Source of the DNA: a virus
Reading direction: 5' to 3' (one strand)
Length of the DNA: 64,000 nucleotides
IMG/VR virus record: IMGVR_UViG_3300031730_000002
Location: 21,866 to 85,865 of that record
Part shown: positions 7,895 through 17,055 of the stretch, one piece after another
How positions within the stretch are numbered: position 1 is the stretch's first letter
Layout of the letters: the number at the start of each line of letters is the position of its first letter
The notes under the pieces: generated by a model
What the model saw: the letters and a program-made list of their open reading frames with translations, nothing else
Told to the model about the DNA's origin: nothing
Database searches by the model: none
Made by a program: the position numbers and the translations under genes

Positions 7895-10710
7895 ACACTT
7901 TGCCTGCGCTGTTGCCGACCGCCCGTATTTGGGACATCCCCTTCGACGGTGAAGAGGTTGATCCGCTGTTTGCTTACCACCCTTCGCTCGGCGGCTCTAT
8001 TCGTGACTGGATTCCGCCGGGTTGCGGGCGCGCGATGGTGATCGTCAATGGTGTCGCGCTGATGCAGCGTGAGTGGATCTTCCGTCCAGTGCTTCCAGGA
8101 GACGTGATCGACTGGCACTTGCTGCCGACTGGTGGCGGTGACAACAAGGGCACGTCACGTCAAGTACTGACGATCATTGCGATCATTGTCATCGCCTATT
8201 TTCTTGGGCCTGCAGGCGCAGGTCTGTCAGGCACCGAACTCGCGGTGGCGACAGTAGCTGCAAACCTTGCGGCCACAGTGCTGATCAACGCGATCATTCC
8301 GATCAAGGCACTTGATGTCAGCGCGAACTCGGCATCGTCGGTCTATAACGTCGCGCTGTCTGCCAACTCAGCTCGTCTGAACCAGCCGATCCCGGTCATC
8401 TATGGTCGCATGAAGACCTTTCCGGACTTCGCCGCTCAGCCTTATTCCTACTACGCCAACAACAATCAGTACTACGCCGCGGTCTTCTGCATCGGGCAGG
8501 GCCACTACACCATCGAGCGGGTGATGATCGATGACACGAACATCCGCAACTTTGAAGATGTGAAGTATCGCATCCTGCCTCCAGGCTCATTGCCTACGCT
8601 GGTGCAAACCAATGTGGTGACGGCACCGGAGATCGCAGGCCAAGAGCTGAAGGCTGGGCGCTTCACCGCAGGCTACACAGTCTGTGCTGCAGGCTACGTT
8701 GTTTCGCGCATCGAGATCGATGTGACGATGGATCAAGGCATCGGCTACATGGAGAACGACGGCTCGATCACGCCGTTCCCATTGGATATGCGAGTCGACG
8801 CACGCTACGTCGATGACTTCGGTGTGCCCACCAGCGCGGTGACCGGCTCGGCGTCTTGGTTCAACATCATGCTGCCGAACATCACCGGGGCAACGCGCAC
8901 ACCAATCCGCCGGACCTTTGGTGTGGACATTACGCCGGGTCGGGTCGAGGTGCGGATGACTCGCACAACACTCTTCTACACCGACAACCACTACGTCAAC
9001 ACTGTCAACTGGGCGTCGATGCGTGGCTTCATTGTCGACGCCGATGGGGCAGTTCTGCACGCAGGTGCAACACACATGGAAGTGCTGATGAAGGCCAGCG
9101 AACAGCTGACCGGCTTGAATCAGCGCAAGGTGAATGTGATCGCGCGCCGAAAGCTCAGCGTGCAGACTGCCACAGGCGTGTACGGCCCACTTGCGGAGAC
9201 CCGCAGCATCGCTTGGGCGATTCAGGACATCTGGCTCAACCAAGATTACGGTGCGCGACAGGCATTCAGCACACATGACTACGACACCTTGGTGATCCTG
9301 GATGCCATTTGGGCAGCCCGCCAGGACTACCTCGACATCATCTTCGACAGCCGCATCACTGTGCGTGAGGCGTTGAAGATCGTGACGCAGGCGGGTCGCG
9401 CTATTGCCTATCAGCGCATGGGCATGCTGACCGTGGCACGCGATCAGATGCAGACGCTTCCGATCGCAGGCTTCAGTGGGCGCAACATTGTGGCTGGCAG
9501 CGCGACGATCGGATATGCGCTACCGACACCAGAAACGGCTGACGCAGTTGTTGTTGAGTACTTCGACAATCGCATTTGGGACTGGGTGCCTGTGGTCTGC
9601 CCGGCGCCTGGTGTTGTGACGCCGGTCAACCCAGTGACGCTGCGGCTTGCAGGCATCACGCAGTACTACCAAGCCAAACGCGAGGGTACTTACAAGGCCG
9701 CTGACAACCTCTGGCGCCGCGAGTTCCCTCGGTGGCAGACCGAGCTGCTGGGCCGGCTGCCGACTTACGGAAGTCCGGTACTCTTTGCCCCGGCGATGCC
9801 GGGCTGGGCACAGAGTGGTGATGTGGTTGATGTGAGCGGGCTCAGCATCACGCTCAGCGAGCCCGTAGTCTTCGAGACTGGTGTCGACAACTTCATCAGC
9901 TTCATGGGGCCTTACGGCAACTATGGCGCCGCGATCGTCGCATCTCCAGGCAGCGACTCGAACACAGTTGTGCTCGCATCAGCGCCAGCCTTCGCTCTGG
10001 TCTTCAGCGATTCAGATCGAGCGCGCACGCGCTACATCTTCGGGCCGCAAGGTCACGCAGAGATGATGGTGCGCATCTTGAGCTTGCAGTACAAGGGGCA
10101 CTCGGAGACCGGGCCGATCGTCGAGCTCTCTGGAGTGTCGGAAGACAACCGCGTGCATGCTGCTGACAACGAGTTTTTGCCTGTTGGTGGGGTGGTTCAG
10201 AGCCCAGTGCCTACCAGTGAAGCCGGCGACTTGGACAATCCGCCTGTCGGTGAAGGTGCACCAGGTGACGGCGGCGAGTACTACTACACCGTCGACATTG
10301 GAGATCCTTGGATCACCGAGACCACATCTTTCGCTGCGCCGAAGTCAATCAGCTTCACGTTCAAGAACGATGGCACACTTCTCAGCGACCCGACCTATCC
10401 AGGGTCTGATGTGCACCCGCTCTGGATGCTCTATGGGGCGGTCGAATCGTCGATTGCTGCGCAGTACGAGGTACGAGCAGTCATCACTTCTACTGACCCG
10501 GTTATTCCTACCGATTTTGATTTGGTGGCAACTTTCACAGATGACACCGGGGCTTGGCACAACCTCGGCGCGGATGTGACCTACACACTGAATCTGACAG
10601 CCGGCGAGACCGCCATTGTGCAAGGCTATTTTGAGATTCGGGATGTCGCGACGCATACAGTCCAGGACTCTGGCGGTATGCTCTTTGCGATCTACACCAG
10701 CATCATCTGA
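7891..10710 (+). CDS. Tail tip / host-specificity protein (gpI-gpJ-like fusion)
   Basis: GTGA overlap start; PTGGG followed by a hydrophobic stretch, ARLNQPIPVIYG..PD, CIGQG; about 940 aa. Confidence 0.85.
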   Translation: MNTLPALLPTARIWDIPFDGEEVDPLFAYHPSLGGSIRDWIPPGCGRAMVIVNGVALMQREWIFRPVLPGDVIDWHLLPTGGGDNKGTSRQVLTIIAIIVIAYFLGPAGAGLSGTELAVATVAANLAATVLINAIIPIKALDVSANSASSVYNVALSANSARLNQPIPVIYGRMKTFPDFAAQPYSYYANNNQYYAAVFCIGQGHYTIERVMIDDTNIRNFEDVKYRILPPGSLPTLVQTNVVTAPEIAGQELKAGRFTAGYTVCAAGYVVSRIEIDVTMDQGIGYMENDGSITPFPLDMRVDARYVDDFGVPTSAVTGSASWFNIMLPNITGATRTPIRRTFGVDITPGRVEVRMTRTTLFYTDNHYVNTVNWASMRGFIVDADGAVLHAGATHMEVLMKASEQLTGLNQRKVNVIARRKLSVQTATGVYGPLAETRSIAWAIQDIWLNQDYGARQAFSTHDYDTLVILDAIWAARQDYLDIIFDSRITVREALKIVTQAGRAIAYQRMGMLTVARDQMQTLPIAGFSGRNIVAGSATIGYALPTPETADAVVVEYFDNRIWDWVPVVCPAPGVVTPVNPVTLRLAGITQYYQAKREGTYKAADNLWRREFPRWQTELLGRLPTYGSPVLFAPAMPGWAQSGDVVDVSGLSITLSEPVVFETGVDNFISFMGPYGNYGAAIVASPGSDSNTVVLASAPAFALVFSDSDRARTRYIFGPQGHAEMMVRILSLQYKGHSETGPIVELSGVSEDNRVHAADNEFLPVGGVVQSPVPTSEAGDLDNPPVGEGAPGDGGEYYYTVDIGDPWITETTSFAAPKSISFTFKNDGTLLSDPTYPGSDVHPLWMLYGAVESSIAAQYEVRAVITSTDPVIPTDFDLVATFTDDTGAWHNLGADVTYTLNLTAGETAIVQGYFEIRDVATHTVQDSGGMLFAIYTSII

Positions 10711-10721
10711 CCGAGAAGACC

Positions 10722-11594
10722 ATGAGCCAACTATCCAACTACACCGAGAACGAGCTTGCCGATTTCATTCGAGGGCAGGGAGCGGCGGGCATCAACGCCA
10801 TCTCGCTCTTCTACATCGGGCTTGCGACTGCAGCGAGCGACGGCAGCATCACGGAGTGCTCTGGCACCGGGTATGCACGGCAAGCGTATGGGCGCGGCTT
10901 GACCCAGTGGTGCGGTACTCAAGGCTCTGGCACTACGCTGGCCAGTACTGGGGTCAGCCACGCGATCAGCAACAACAACTCATGCTCCTTTGGCACATCG
11001 GGTGCAGCGTGGGGCACTGCCACACACGCAGTGCTGTACAGCGCAATCACTGGCGGCAATGTCATCGCTTACTGCGAACTGCCCAGTCCGATCTCTATCG
11101 GGTCTGGTGTGCCGGTTAGCTTGGCTGCAGGCGCGATCTCGATGACGTTGGGGTTGACTGGCGGGTTGAGCAACTACCTGTCCAACAAGCTACTCGATTT
11201 TGTGTTTCGCGCCGTGGCCTACACGATGCCGGCCAATCTGTTCTTCGGCCTGTTCACGACCGCGCCGACGAATGCTGGTGGCGGCGTCGAGGTGTCGGGT
11301 GGGGCCTACGCCCGCCAGAGCCTGCCGGCGTCTATGGCTGGCCTCTGCGGTACGCAGGGTGCTGGAACCACAGTGGCCAGCACCGGTACAAGCGGTCGAA
11401 TTGCCAACAACCTGACCCTTGCTTTCCCCACTCCAACGGCCAACTGGGGCACAATCACGCATGAGGCGGTTTTCGATGCTGTGAGCGCTGGGAACCTGCT
11501 CTTCTGGAACGTGCTCGATGTGCCCCGCACGGTGCTCTCAGCCAGCAGCCCGCAGACGCATGCAGCAGACACATGGGAGCTGACCTTTGCCTAA
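10722..11594 (+). CDS. Minor tail/fibre protein with two tandem copies of one domain
   Basis: LSNY...YARQ...CGTQG.GTT.ASTG.S..I.NN...WGT.TH....GN occurs twice. Confidence 0.75.
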   Translation: MSQLSNYTENELADFIRGQGAAGINAISLFYIGLATAASDGSITECSGTGYARQAYGRGLTQWCGTQGSGTTLASTGVSHAISNNNSCSFGTSGAAWGTATHAVLYSAITGGNVIAYCELPSPISIGSGVPVSLAAGAISMTLGLTGGLSNYLSNKLLDFVFRAVAYTMPANLFFGLFTTAPTNAGGGVEVSGGAYARQSLPASMAGLCGTQGAGTTVASTGTSGRIANNLTLAFPTPTANWGTITHEAVFDAVSAGNLLFWNVLDVPRTVLSASSPQTHAADTWELTFA

Positions 11595-11619
11595 CTCTCG
11601 AAATCACCGGGACTTTGCC

Positions 11620-11955
11620 ATGACTGCACCAGACACAGGCTCCATGCCGCTCGACTCTCACGGGCGCCGCAAGTTCTTTCAGTTCAACCCGAACATCGAC
11701 TCAGGCACCTTGCTGAACATCCTGGTGATGGTCGTTGGCGGTTTCATCGCCTACGGAACCTACACCAGCGACAAGGCCTTGCAGACCGCGCGCATCACCG
11801 CGGTCGAGAAGGAGGTGATCGAGAACAAAGGTACTGTCAAGGAGGCTGTGACCGACTTGAAAGGTGAGGTCAAAGACGTGCAGCGCACGCTGCGCGATGT
11901 GAACGAGAGCCTTGCGGTGCTCAAGGCTCGCCCCAGCATTCAACCGAGGCCGTGA
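11620..11955 (+). CDS. Single-TM coiled-coil membrane protein (holin/antiholin-like)
   Basis: One TM segment (LLNILVMVVGGFIAY) plus heptad tail; start of lysis cassette. Confidence 0.5.
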   Translation: MTAPDTGSMPLDSHGRRKFFQFNPNIDSGTLLNILVMVVGGFIAYGTYTSDKALQTARITAVEKEVIENKGTVKEAVTDLKGEVKDVQRTLRDVNESLAVLKARPSIQPRP

Positions 11956-11956
11956 C

Positions 11957-12286
11957 ATGGAAATGCCCAAAGTTCCTCAGGCCTTCATGCAAGGTCTCAT
12001 TGCTTTGCTGCTGATCGGCAACTTCACCTTCATGCTGGTTGCGCCCTCAATCTTCCCCAGCTACAAGCCGCCCGGCGACGCGCTGACGCAGACGCTGGTC
12101 AATCTCGTGATCCTTGCTGTGGGCTACTACCTCGGCAGCTCGCAGGGCTCAGCCCGCAAAGATGAGCTGAACGCCAGCCAGCAGGACAAGGCGATCGTGG
12201 CGCTGACCGGCGCTGCACCTCTTGCTGCGCCCGTGAAGATCGACGACAGCACCCCCATCAAGGTTGAAGAGACTGCACCGAAATGA
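11957..12286 (+). CDS. Putative holin (2 TM)
   Basis: Two TM helices ending in GYYLGSSQGS..K; overlaps endolysin start. Confidence 0.7.
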   Translation: MEMPKVPQAFMQGLIALLLIGNFTFMLVAPSIFPSYKPPGDALTQTLVNLVILAVGYYLGSSQGSARKDELNASQQDKAIVALTGAAPLAAPVKIDDSTPIKVEETAPK

Positions 12287-12927
12287 TCACCGCCTCGCAG
12301 TGGCTGCGCGTGCTGGCCTACTGCGGTGTGAAGTTCACCACCGCGACCAGCTGGGCCAAGGTCTTCGAAGCCAGGGTGCAGCCCGAGCTGTTCTCGCTCG
12401 GGCAGGCCGAGCTGGACGACTTCGTCGGCCAGACCCTGCACGAGTCGGCGATGCTGGAGCATCTGGTCGAGAACCTGAACTACAGCGCGAAGCGAATCCG
12501 CGAGATCGGCAATGAATCCCCGGTTGGCTCGCGCTGGCGCTCGTTGGTGCCGATGGCCGACAGCCTGGCTTACAAGCCTCGCGAATTCGGCAACGCCGTC
12601 TACGGCGGCCGGCTGGGCAACACGCTGCCAGAGTCGGGCTTCAAGTACCGGGGCCGCGGCATCCCGATGATCACCGGCTACGACAACTACGCCTTGGTGC
12701 AGAAGCTCACCGGCTTGCCTATCGTGGCCGTGCCCGAGCTGCTCGAACAGCCGGACATGGCGCTGCGCTGCGCGATCCTTTGGTGGGAGAAGAAGGTGCC
12801 GGACAGCGCGATCGACAGTGTCGAGCGTGTGACAAAGGCGGTGCAGGGCGCCCAGCTCGGGCTCGATGATCGGAGACAGCTTACGCAAAAAGCGTCACAA
12901 GCTCTCAAGGAATGCCTTAAAGTGTGA
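12283..12927 (+). CDS. Endolysin, glycoside hydrolase family 19
   Basis: GQTLHES...ENLNYS...YGGRLGN...YRGRG..ITG.DNY. Confidence 0.92.
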   Translation: MITASQWLRVLAYCGVKFTTATSWAKVFEARVQPELFSLGQAELDDFVGQTLHESAMLEHLVENLNYSAKRIREIGNESPVGSRWRSLVPMADSLAYKPREFGNAVYGGRLGNTLPESGFKYRGRGIPMITGYDNYALVQKLTGLPIVAVPELLEQPDMALRCAILWWEKKVPDSAIDSVERVTKAVQGAQLGLDDRRQLTQKASQALKECLKV

Positions 12928-12957
12928 GTCTCCCTCCACTGCCTTGAAAGGCCTCCC

Positions 12958-13320
12958 ATGCTCAAACGACTCGATCCGCGCGGCTTCATTGCCGCGTTCC
13001 TACTGGTGATGCTGGTTAGCGCTTGCAGCACCTTCGGCGTGCCAACGCCGCAGACCTTCAACCAGAACCTTGCGGTCAGCATTGCTGCGAACACCTCGGT
13101 GCGCGAGACCGCGACCACGCTGCTGCAAGCTGGCAAGATCTCGGCGATCGACGCGCAGAACATCCAGGCTCAGGCTGATGTGGCGCGTGAAGGCTTGAAC
13201 GTCGCGCGAACGCTGTCAGGCACCGACCTTGCGAGTGCGCAGGGTCGACTTGAAGCCACGACTGCGGCGTTGAAGGCGCTGCAGGCCTACCTCGCAACGA
13301 AACAAGGAGCGCCGAAATGA
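12958..13320 (+). CDS. Lipoprotein, candidate spanin-like component
   Basis: Signal II with lipobox LVSAC; helical Ala/Gln-rich body; follows endolysin. Confidence 0.65.
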   Translation: MLKRLDPRGFIAAFLLVMLVSACSTFGVPTPQTFNQNLAVSIAANTSVRETATTLLQAGKISAIDAQNIQAQADVAREGLNVARTLSGTDLASAQGRLEATTAALKALQAYLATKQGAPK

Positions 13321-13505
13321 ACGCACTCGCCATCATCACGCTGCTGCTGCAGTACTCCGACAAAATCGCGCAGATCGGCGGTCTTCTGTCGAAGGCCCAG
13401 TCCGAAGGCCGCGACGTGACCGACGCCGAACTGGACACCCTGTTCGCCGGTGACGACGCTGCTCGCGCAGCGCTGGCCGCGGCAATCGCTGCAGCCCAGC
13501 CGTAA
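13317..13505 (+). CDS. Small amphipathic protein coupled to the lipoprotein gene
   Basis: ATGA overlap; AGGAG RBS. Confidence 0.65.
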   Translation: MNALAIITLLLQYSDKIAQIGGLLSKAQSEGRDVTDAELDTLFAGDDAARAALAAAIAAAQP

Positions 13506-13515
13506 GGGGAGAGCC

Positions 13516-14196
13516 ATGCGTCAGATCTTTCTTTTGGCGCTGGCTCTGCTGTGCGCGCCTGTGCAGGCAGCCATCGGCTGCCTGCCTGTCACGATCTTCA
13601 CGCCTTTTCCCATTGCGATGGGGTCTGTGACGAAGTCTGTGGAGACCGACGCGGCCACTGCTGATGCATGGTGGTGCCCGATCTATCCGGACGGTGTTCT
13701 CAGGTATCAAGTCAACGTGATGTGGAGCCTGAAGAAGACCAAAGCTGCCTACGACTGGGGTGCAGCCTTTATCCGGATCAAGGCAGCTCCCTCCATGCTC
13801 GACGCGCTCAATGGGGAGCTGGCATCGAACAGCGCGGCAACAGCACCTGGCTCGCAGGATGAGTACGAAGTCAACCTTGTGAAGTATCGAGCTTGTCTCG
13901 CACTGGCGACCAAGCCCTATGTTGTGAGCATCCCGGATCTACCGGCCAACTTCTGCGGTGTGGCGCCTACGCCGCCCGGCCCAAGCGCTGTCACATGGCT
14001 GACACCGAGCAGCACTACCTTGAAGGTGTACTCGAACAACAGCGGGAAGCTGGGCCCCGCCATCGCAGGGCGCACTGCACCGCCAAATGCGAAATGCAAC
14101 AGCTCGGTGCCCCAAGTGAAGCTCGGTACGTCTGTTTACTTTCCTCTTCTCACCGGCCCACTCAACGAGCTGGTTTTGTGTAAACTGGTGCAATAA
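13516..14196 (+). CDS. Secreted Cys/Pro-rich hypothetical protein
   Basis: AGGGGAG RBS; signal peptide MRQIFLLALALLCAPVQA. Confidence 0.65.
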   Translation: MRQIFLLALALLCAPVQAAIGCLPVTIFTPFPIAMGSVTKSVETDAATADAWWCPIYPDGVLRYQVNVMWSLKKTKAAYDWGAAFIRIKAAPSMLDALNGELASNSAATAPGSQDEYEVNLVKYRACLALATKPYVVSIPDLPANFCGVAPTPPGPSAVTWLTPSSTTLKVYSNNSGKLGPAIAGRTAPPNAKCNSSVPQVKLGTSVYFPLLTGPLNELVLCKLVQ

Positions 14197-14579
14197 TGCA
14201 CGTCACGATCCAACGTCTCGAAGTTCACATCCACGCCGACTTCTCGGCTCTTCTTCCATCCATCGGAGCAATCATGGCAACCCTCGACGAACTGCAAGCC
14301 AAGGCCACCCAAGCAGCTGAGGCTGTGGCATCCCTCACCGCTGCTGTCACGGCATCGAACGACAAGACCGACGAACTGATCACCGTGGCCGGCGCCACCA
14401 AGGACGCACTGGAAGCGCTGCGCGCCGATGTGGCCAACGGTATCGTGGTCGACCCCGCGCGCCTCGACGCCATCCTGGCGCAGATGGACAGCGTGGTCGT
14501 GGCTGCCGAAGCCTCGAAGGTCGCCGTGGCCGAACAAGACGCGCAGACCGGTGCCGCGGCCGAAGCAAACGTGCCCTGA
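14196..14579 (+). CDS. Acidic Ala-rich coiled-coil protein (alternative start at 14274)
   Basis: TAATG overlap; internal GGAG-N5-ATG at 14274. Confidence 0.65.
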   Translation: MHVTIQRLEVHIHADFSALLPSIGAIMATLDELQAKATQAAEAVASLTAAVTASNDKTDELITVAGATKDALEALRADVANGIVVDPARLDAILAQMDSVVVAAEASKVAVAEQDAQTGAAAEANVP

Positions 14580-14646
14580 GTCTCGGGTGAAGGTGGACTA
14601 CGGCGCGGGAACGCGCCGTGGTTACCTTGTCCCTGGAGAGGCATTC

Positions 14647-14680
14647 AAAGCCGTCGACGACGAGTGCGTTCGACGGCTTT
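14647..14680. terminator. Probable bidirectional terminator between convergent late and replication operons
   Basis: AAAGCCGTCGA / TCGACGGCTTT 11-bp inverted repeat. Confidence 0.6.
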
Positions 14681-14719
14681 CGTCCATTCTGAGCGAACGT
14701 ACAGGCTCAACAGAGCTTG

Positions 14720-14953
14720 TCAAAAGCTCGACGTTGGCACCGGATCTGCTCTACCCTTCCGAAGCGCCCACGCCCGCACACCGTCAAGCAGCACCCACAC
14801 GCCAGCCCCGAAGGGCTTGACGTACTGCTCCCCCTCCAGCCAGAGGCCCTTGTGGATGCGCTGGTAGATCGTGTTGGCGTTCTCTCCCGAGATCTCGCAG
14901 TAGCGCTTGAGCGGCAAGCCGCCCAAGCGCTCGACTGCCTCGTTCGGAGTCAC
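14720..14953 (-). CDS. Excisionase/TorI-like winged-helix DNA-binding protein
   Basis: LKRYCEISGE...TIYQRI.KG.W.EG..Y pattern. Confidence 0.65.
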   Translation of the reverse strand: MTPNEAVERLGGLPLKRYCEISGENANTIYQRIHKGLWLEGEQYVKPFGAGVWVLLDGVRAWALRKGRADPVPTSSF

Positions 14954-17055
14954 AAGGACACCACCTGGCTTGCGAAGGCGTCGACCAGCGGGCTGTGCGT
15001 CACCAGCAGCGTCTGATCGAAGCCGGCCGATGCCACCAAGCCCAGCATGTTGGTCTCGCGCTCATCGTCGCAGGCCGCCCCCGGCTCATCGAGCATGAGG
15101 AAGCGGGCGTTCGGCAGGAAGGTCTTGGTGAGGGCGATTCGGATCGCGAGCCCGAGCGCATCGAGCGTCGAGCCCGAGAGCCCGCCCACGTCCTGCCCAT
15201 CGGCCTTGAAGCCGCCGTCTGTGCGGGTGATCACCGACTGCACGCCACGAACCGACGAGAAGTAGCTGCTCACCGACGCCAGCACGATCGTCCACAGCTT
15301 GTCGGAGATCGCCGGCCGCGCGCCGCGCAGCTTCTTGATAAGCGCGTTGTTCCGGTTCATGGCTGCGAGCCGATCCCGTGCAGTGTCGAGCTGGACCTGC
15401 AGGGTGTGGCGCTGCTGTACCCGCTGGGCGTGCAGCTGCAGCTTGTGCTCCATCTCGACCCGCTTGGCGTCGAGCGCAGCCTTCACGTCGCGGATCTCGT
15501 CGCCCAGCACGCGCACACGGTGCTCCAGCGCGTCGCCAGCGTCGAGCCGAGCCTTGGCCAGCACCGCGGCAGCTTCGAGGCCTTCCTGCGCCGCCTGCAA
15601 GGCCGCCAGCTGCCCTTGCAGTGCTGAGAGCTGCCGTTCGCTGGCCGCCTTGTCCGACGCCGAGCTGAAGTATGCGCGGTGCTCGGCCTCAGCCCTGGCG
15701 ATCAGCTCGGCGTAGGCCGGTCGTTCGCCAGCGGCTTGCGGCACTTCGCCTTTCCACTTCCAGCTGTGTGGCACCTGATCGTCAGCGATCTCTATGTAGG
15801 CACTATGCTTCCCTATTGCCCGCTCGTATGCGGTCGCCTGCTGGTCGAGTAGCAACAGCTCATCATATTCAGCCTTAGTGCCGGCATAGGCTGTCTCACA
15901 AGCCAACACAGCCGTGTCGATCTCAGCCACTTCAGCATTCACTGCGATGTTGCGCTGCACGACTTCAGGCACCGATGCCAGATCCTTGTCACAGAAGGCA
16001 CAGGTCTGTTCTTTGACCAGGCCTGCGACCACAGTAGCGCGGCGAGTAAGCAGGGCGTTGTTCTGGTTGATTAAGTTGTTGACCGTCTGCAGTGAATCCT
16101 TGAGCGCTTCTGCCAATGAGGCACGACTACCAGCCCACACCAGTTCAGGCACAGGCAGGTTGTGCAGCTGGCCATAGGCCGTCAGCGCAGCGTCCTCCTG
16201 CACGCGGCTGAACAGCGCCTTGCGCCAGTCCTCGACCTGCTCCTGCGTGGTGGTCGGCTGGATGAGCAGGCGCACAGTGGCCGGTAGCACTTCGGAGATC
16301 CGTAGCGACACCTGATCGGCGTCGCGCACGCCCGCGGCGGCGTCGACGATGGCCTTCCGCGCGTCGCCGAGCGCCAGGGCATTCAGCTCTGTCGACTTGA
16401 GCTTCTGCTCTTCGTAGGCCGCGCCCATGCGGCTGTTGAGCGCGTCGATCTCGATCTCCATCGCCGCCGTGTCCAGCGGCTCAACCGCCGCAGCTTCGAG
16501 CTGGCCAGCCAGCGTGGCCAGCTGAGTCTCGACATCCTTCGTCGCGCCGGTGGGCAGGTCGTGCTGCACCATCTCCACGATCCGGTCGATGAGGTTGAAG
16601 TCGGCCAACGTCTCGATCAGCGCCGCCGCCTCGCTCGGGCCGCCGGCCAGCGCACCACGCAGCGCACCTTGCGACGCGAGCATCATCTTGCTGGCTGTGT
16701 CGGCAGTGGTGCCCAACAGGTTCTCGCAGAAGCGAGTGACTTCGGTCTGGCCAGTGACCTTGCCGCCAGCGTAGTTCAGCTCGGCACCGGACTTCTTGCG
16801 CACGATCGTGTAGCTCACGCCATCGAAGTGGAATGCAAGCTCGATGCGCAGCGCGCTCTCGGGCTGGCCCCACGTCACGCATCGGTCGAGCGGCTGGCGC
16901 AAGGCGCGGAAGCCGAACAGCGCAGCTGCAAGCGCTTCCTGGACCGTGGTCTTCCCGGCTTCATTCAAGCCGCGGATGGCCACAAGGCCTTGGGCAAAGT
17001 TGATGGTCAGATCTTCGTGCTTGCGGAAGAACTTGAGAGTGAGACGATCAAACAT
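14950..17055 (-). CDS. SbcC/Rad50-like ATPase
   Basis: Walker A GLNEAGKTT, coiled coils with central CAFC zinc hook, LSGS signature, LMLDEP, VTH. Confidence 0.93.
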   Translation of the reverse strand: MFDRLTLKFFRKHEDLTINFAQGLVAIRGLNEAGKTTVQEALAAALFGFRALRQPLDRCVTWGQPESALRIELAFHFDGVSYTIVRKKSGAELNYAGGKVTGQTEVTRFCENLLGTTADTASKMMLASQGALRGALAGGPSEAAALIETLADFNLIDRIVEMVQHDLPTGATKDVETQLATLAGQLEAAAVEPLDTAAMEIEIDALNSRMGAAYEEQKLKSTELNALALGDARKAIVDAAAGVRDADQVSLRISEVLPATVRLLIQPTTTQEQVEDWRKALFSRVQEDAALTAYGQLHNLPVPELVWAGSRASLAEALKDSLQTVNNLINQNNALLTRRATVVAGLVKEQTCAFCDKDLASVPEVVQRNIAVNAEVAEIDTAVLACETAYAGTKAEYDELLLLDQQATAYERAIGKHSAYIEIADDQVPHSWKWKGEVPQAAGERPAYAELIARAEAEHRAYFSSASDKAASERQLSALQGQLAALQAAQEGLEAAAVLAKARLDAGDALEHRVRVLGDEIRDVKAALDAKRVEMEHKLQLHAQRVQQRHTLQVQLDTARDRLAAMNRNNALIKKLRGARPAISDKLWTIVLASVSSYFSSVRGVQSVITRTDGGFKADGQDVGGLSGSTLDALGLAIRIALTKTFLPNARFLMLDEPGAACDDERETNMLGLVASAGFDQTLLVTHSPLVDAFASQVVSL

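Noticed and set aside
7891-11594. Diversity-generating retroelement acting on tail genes
   Set aside because: No reverse transcriptase and no adenine-specific TR/VR pair; the 10722 duplication is old and diverged at synonymous sites
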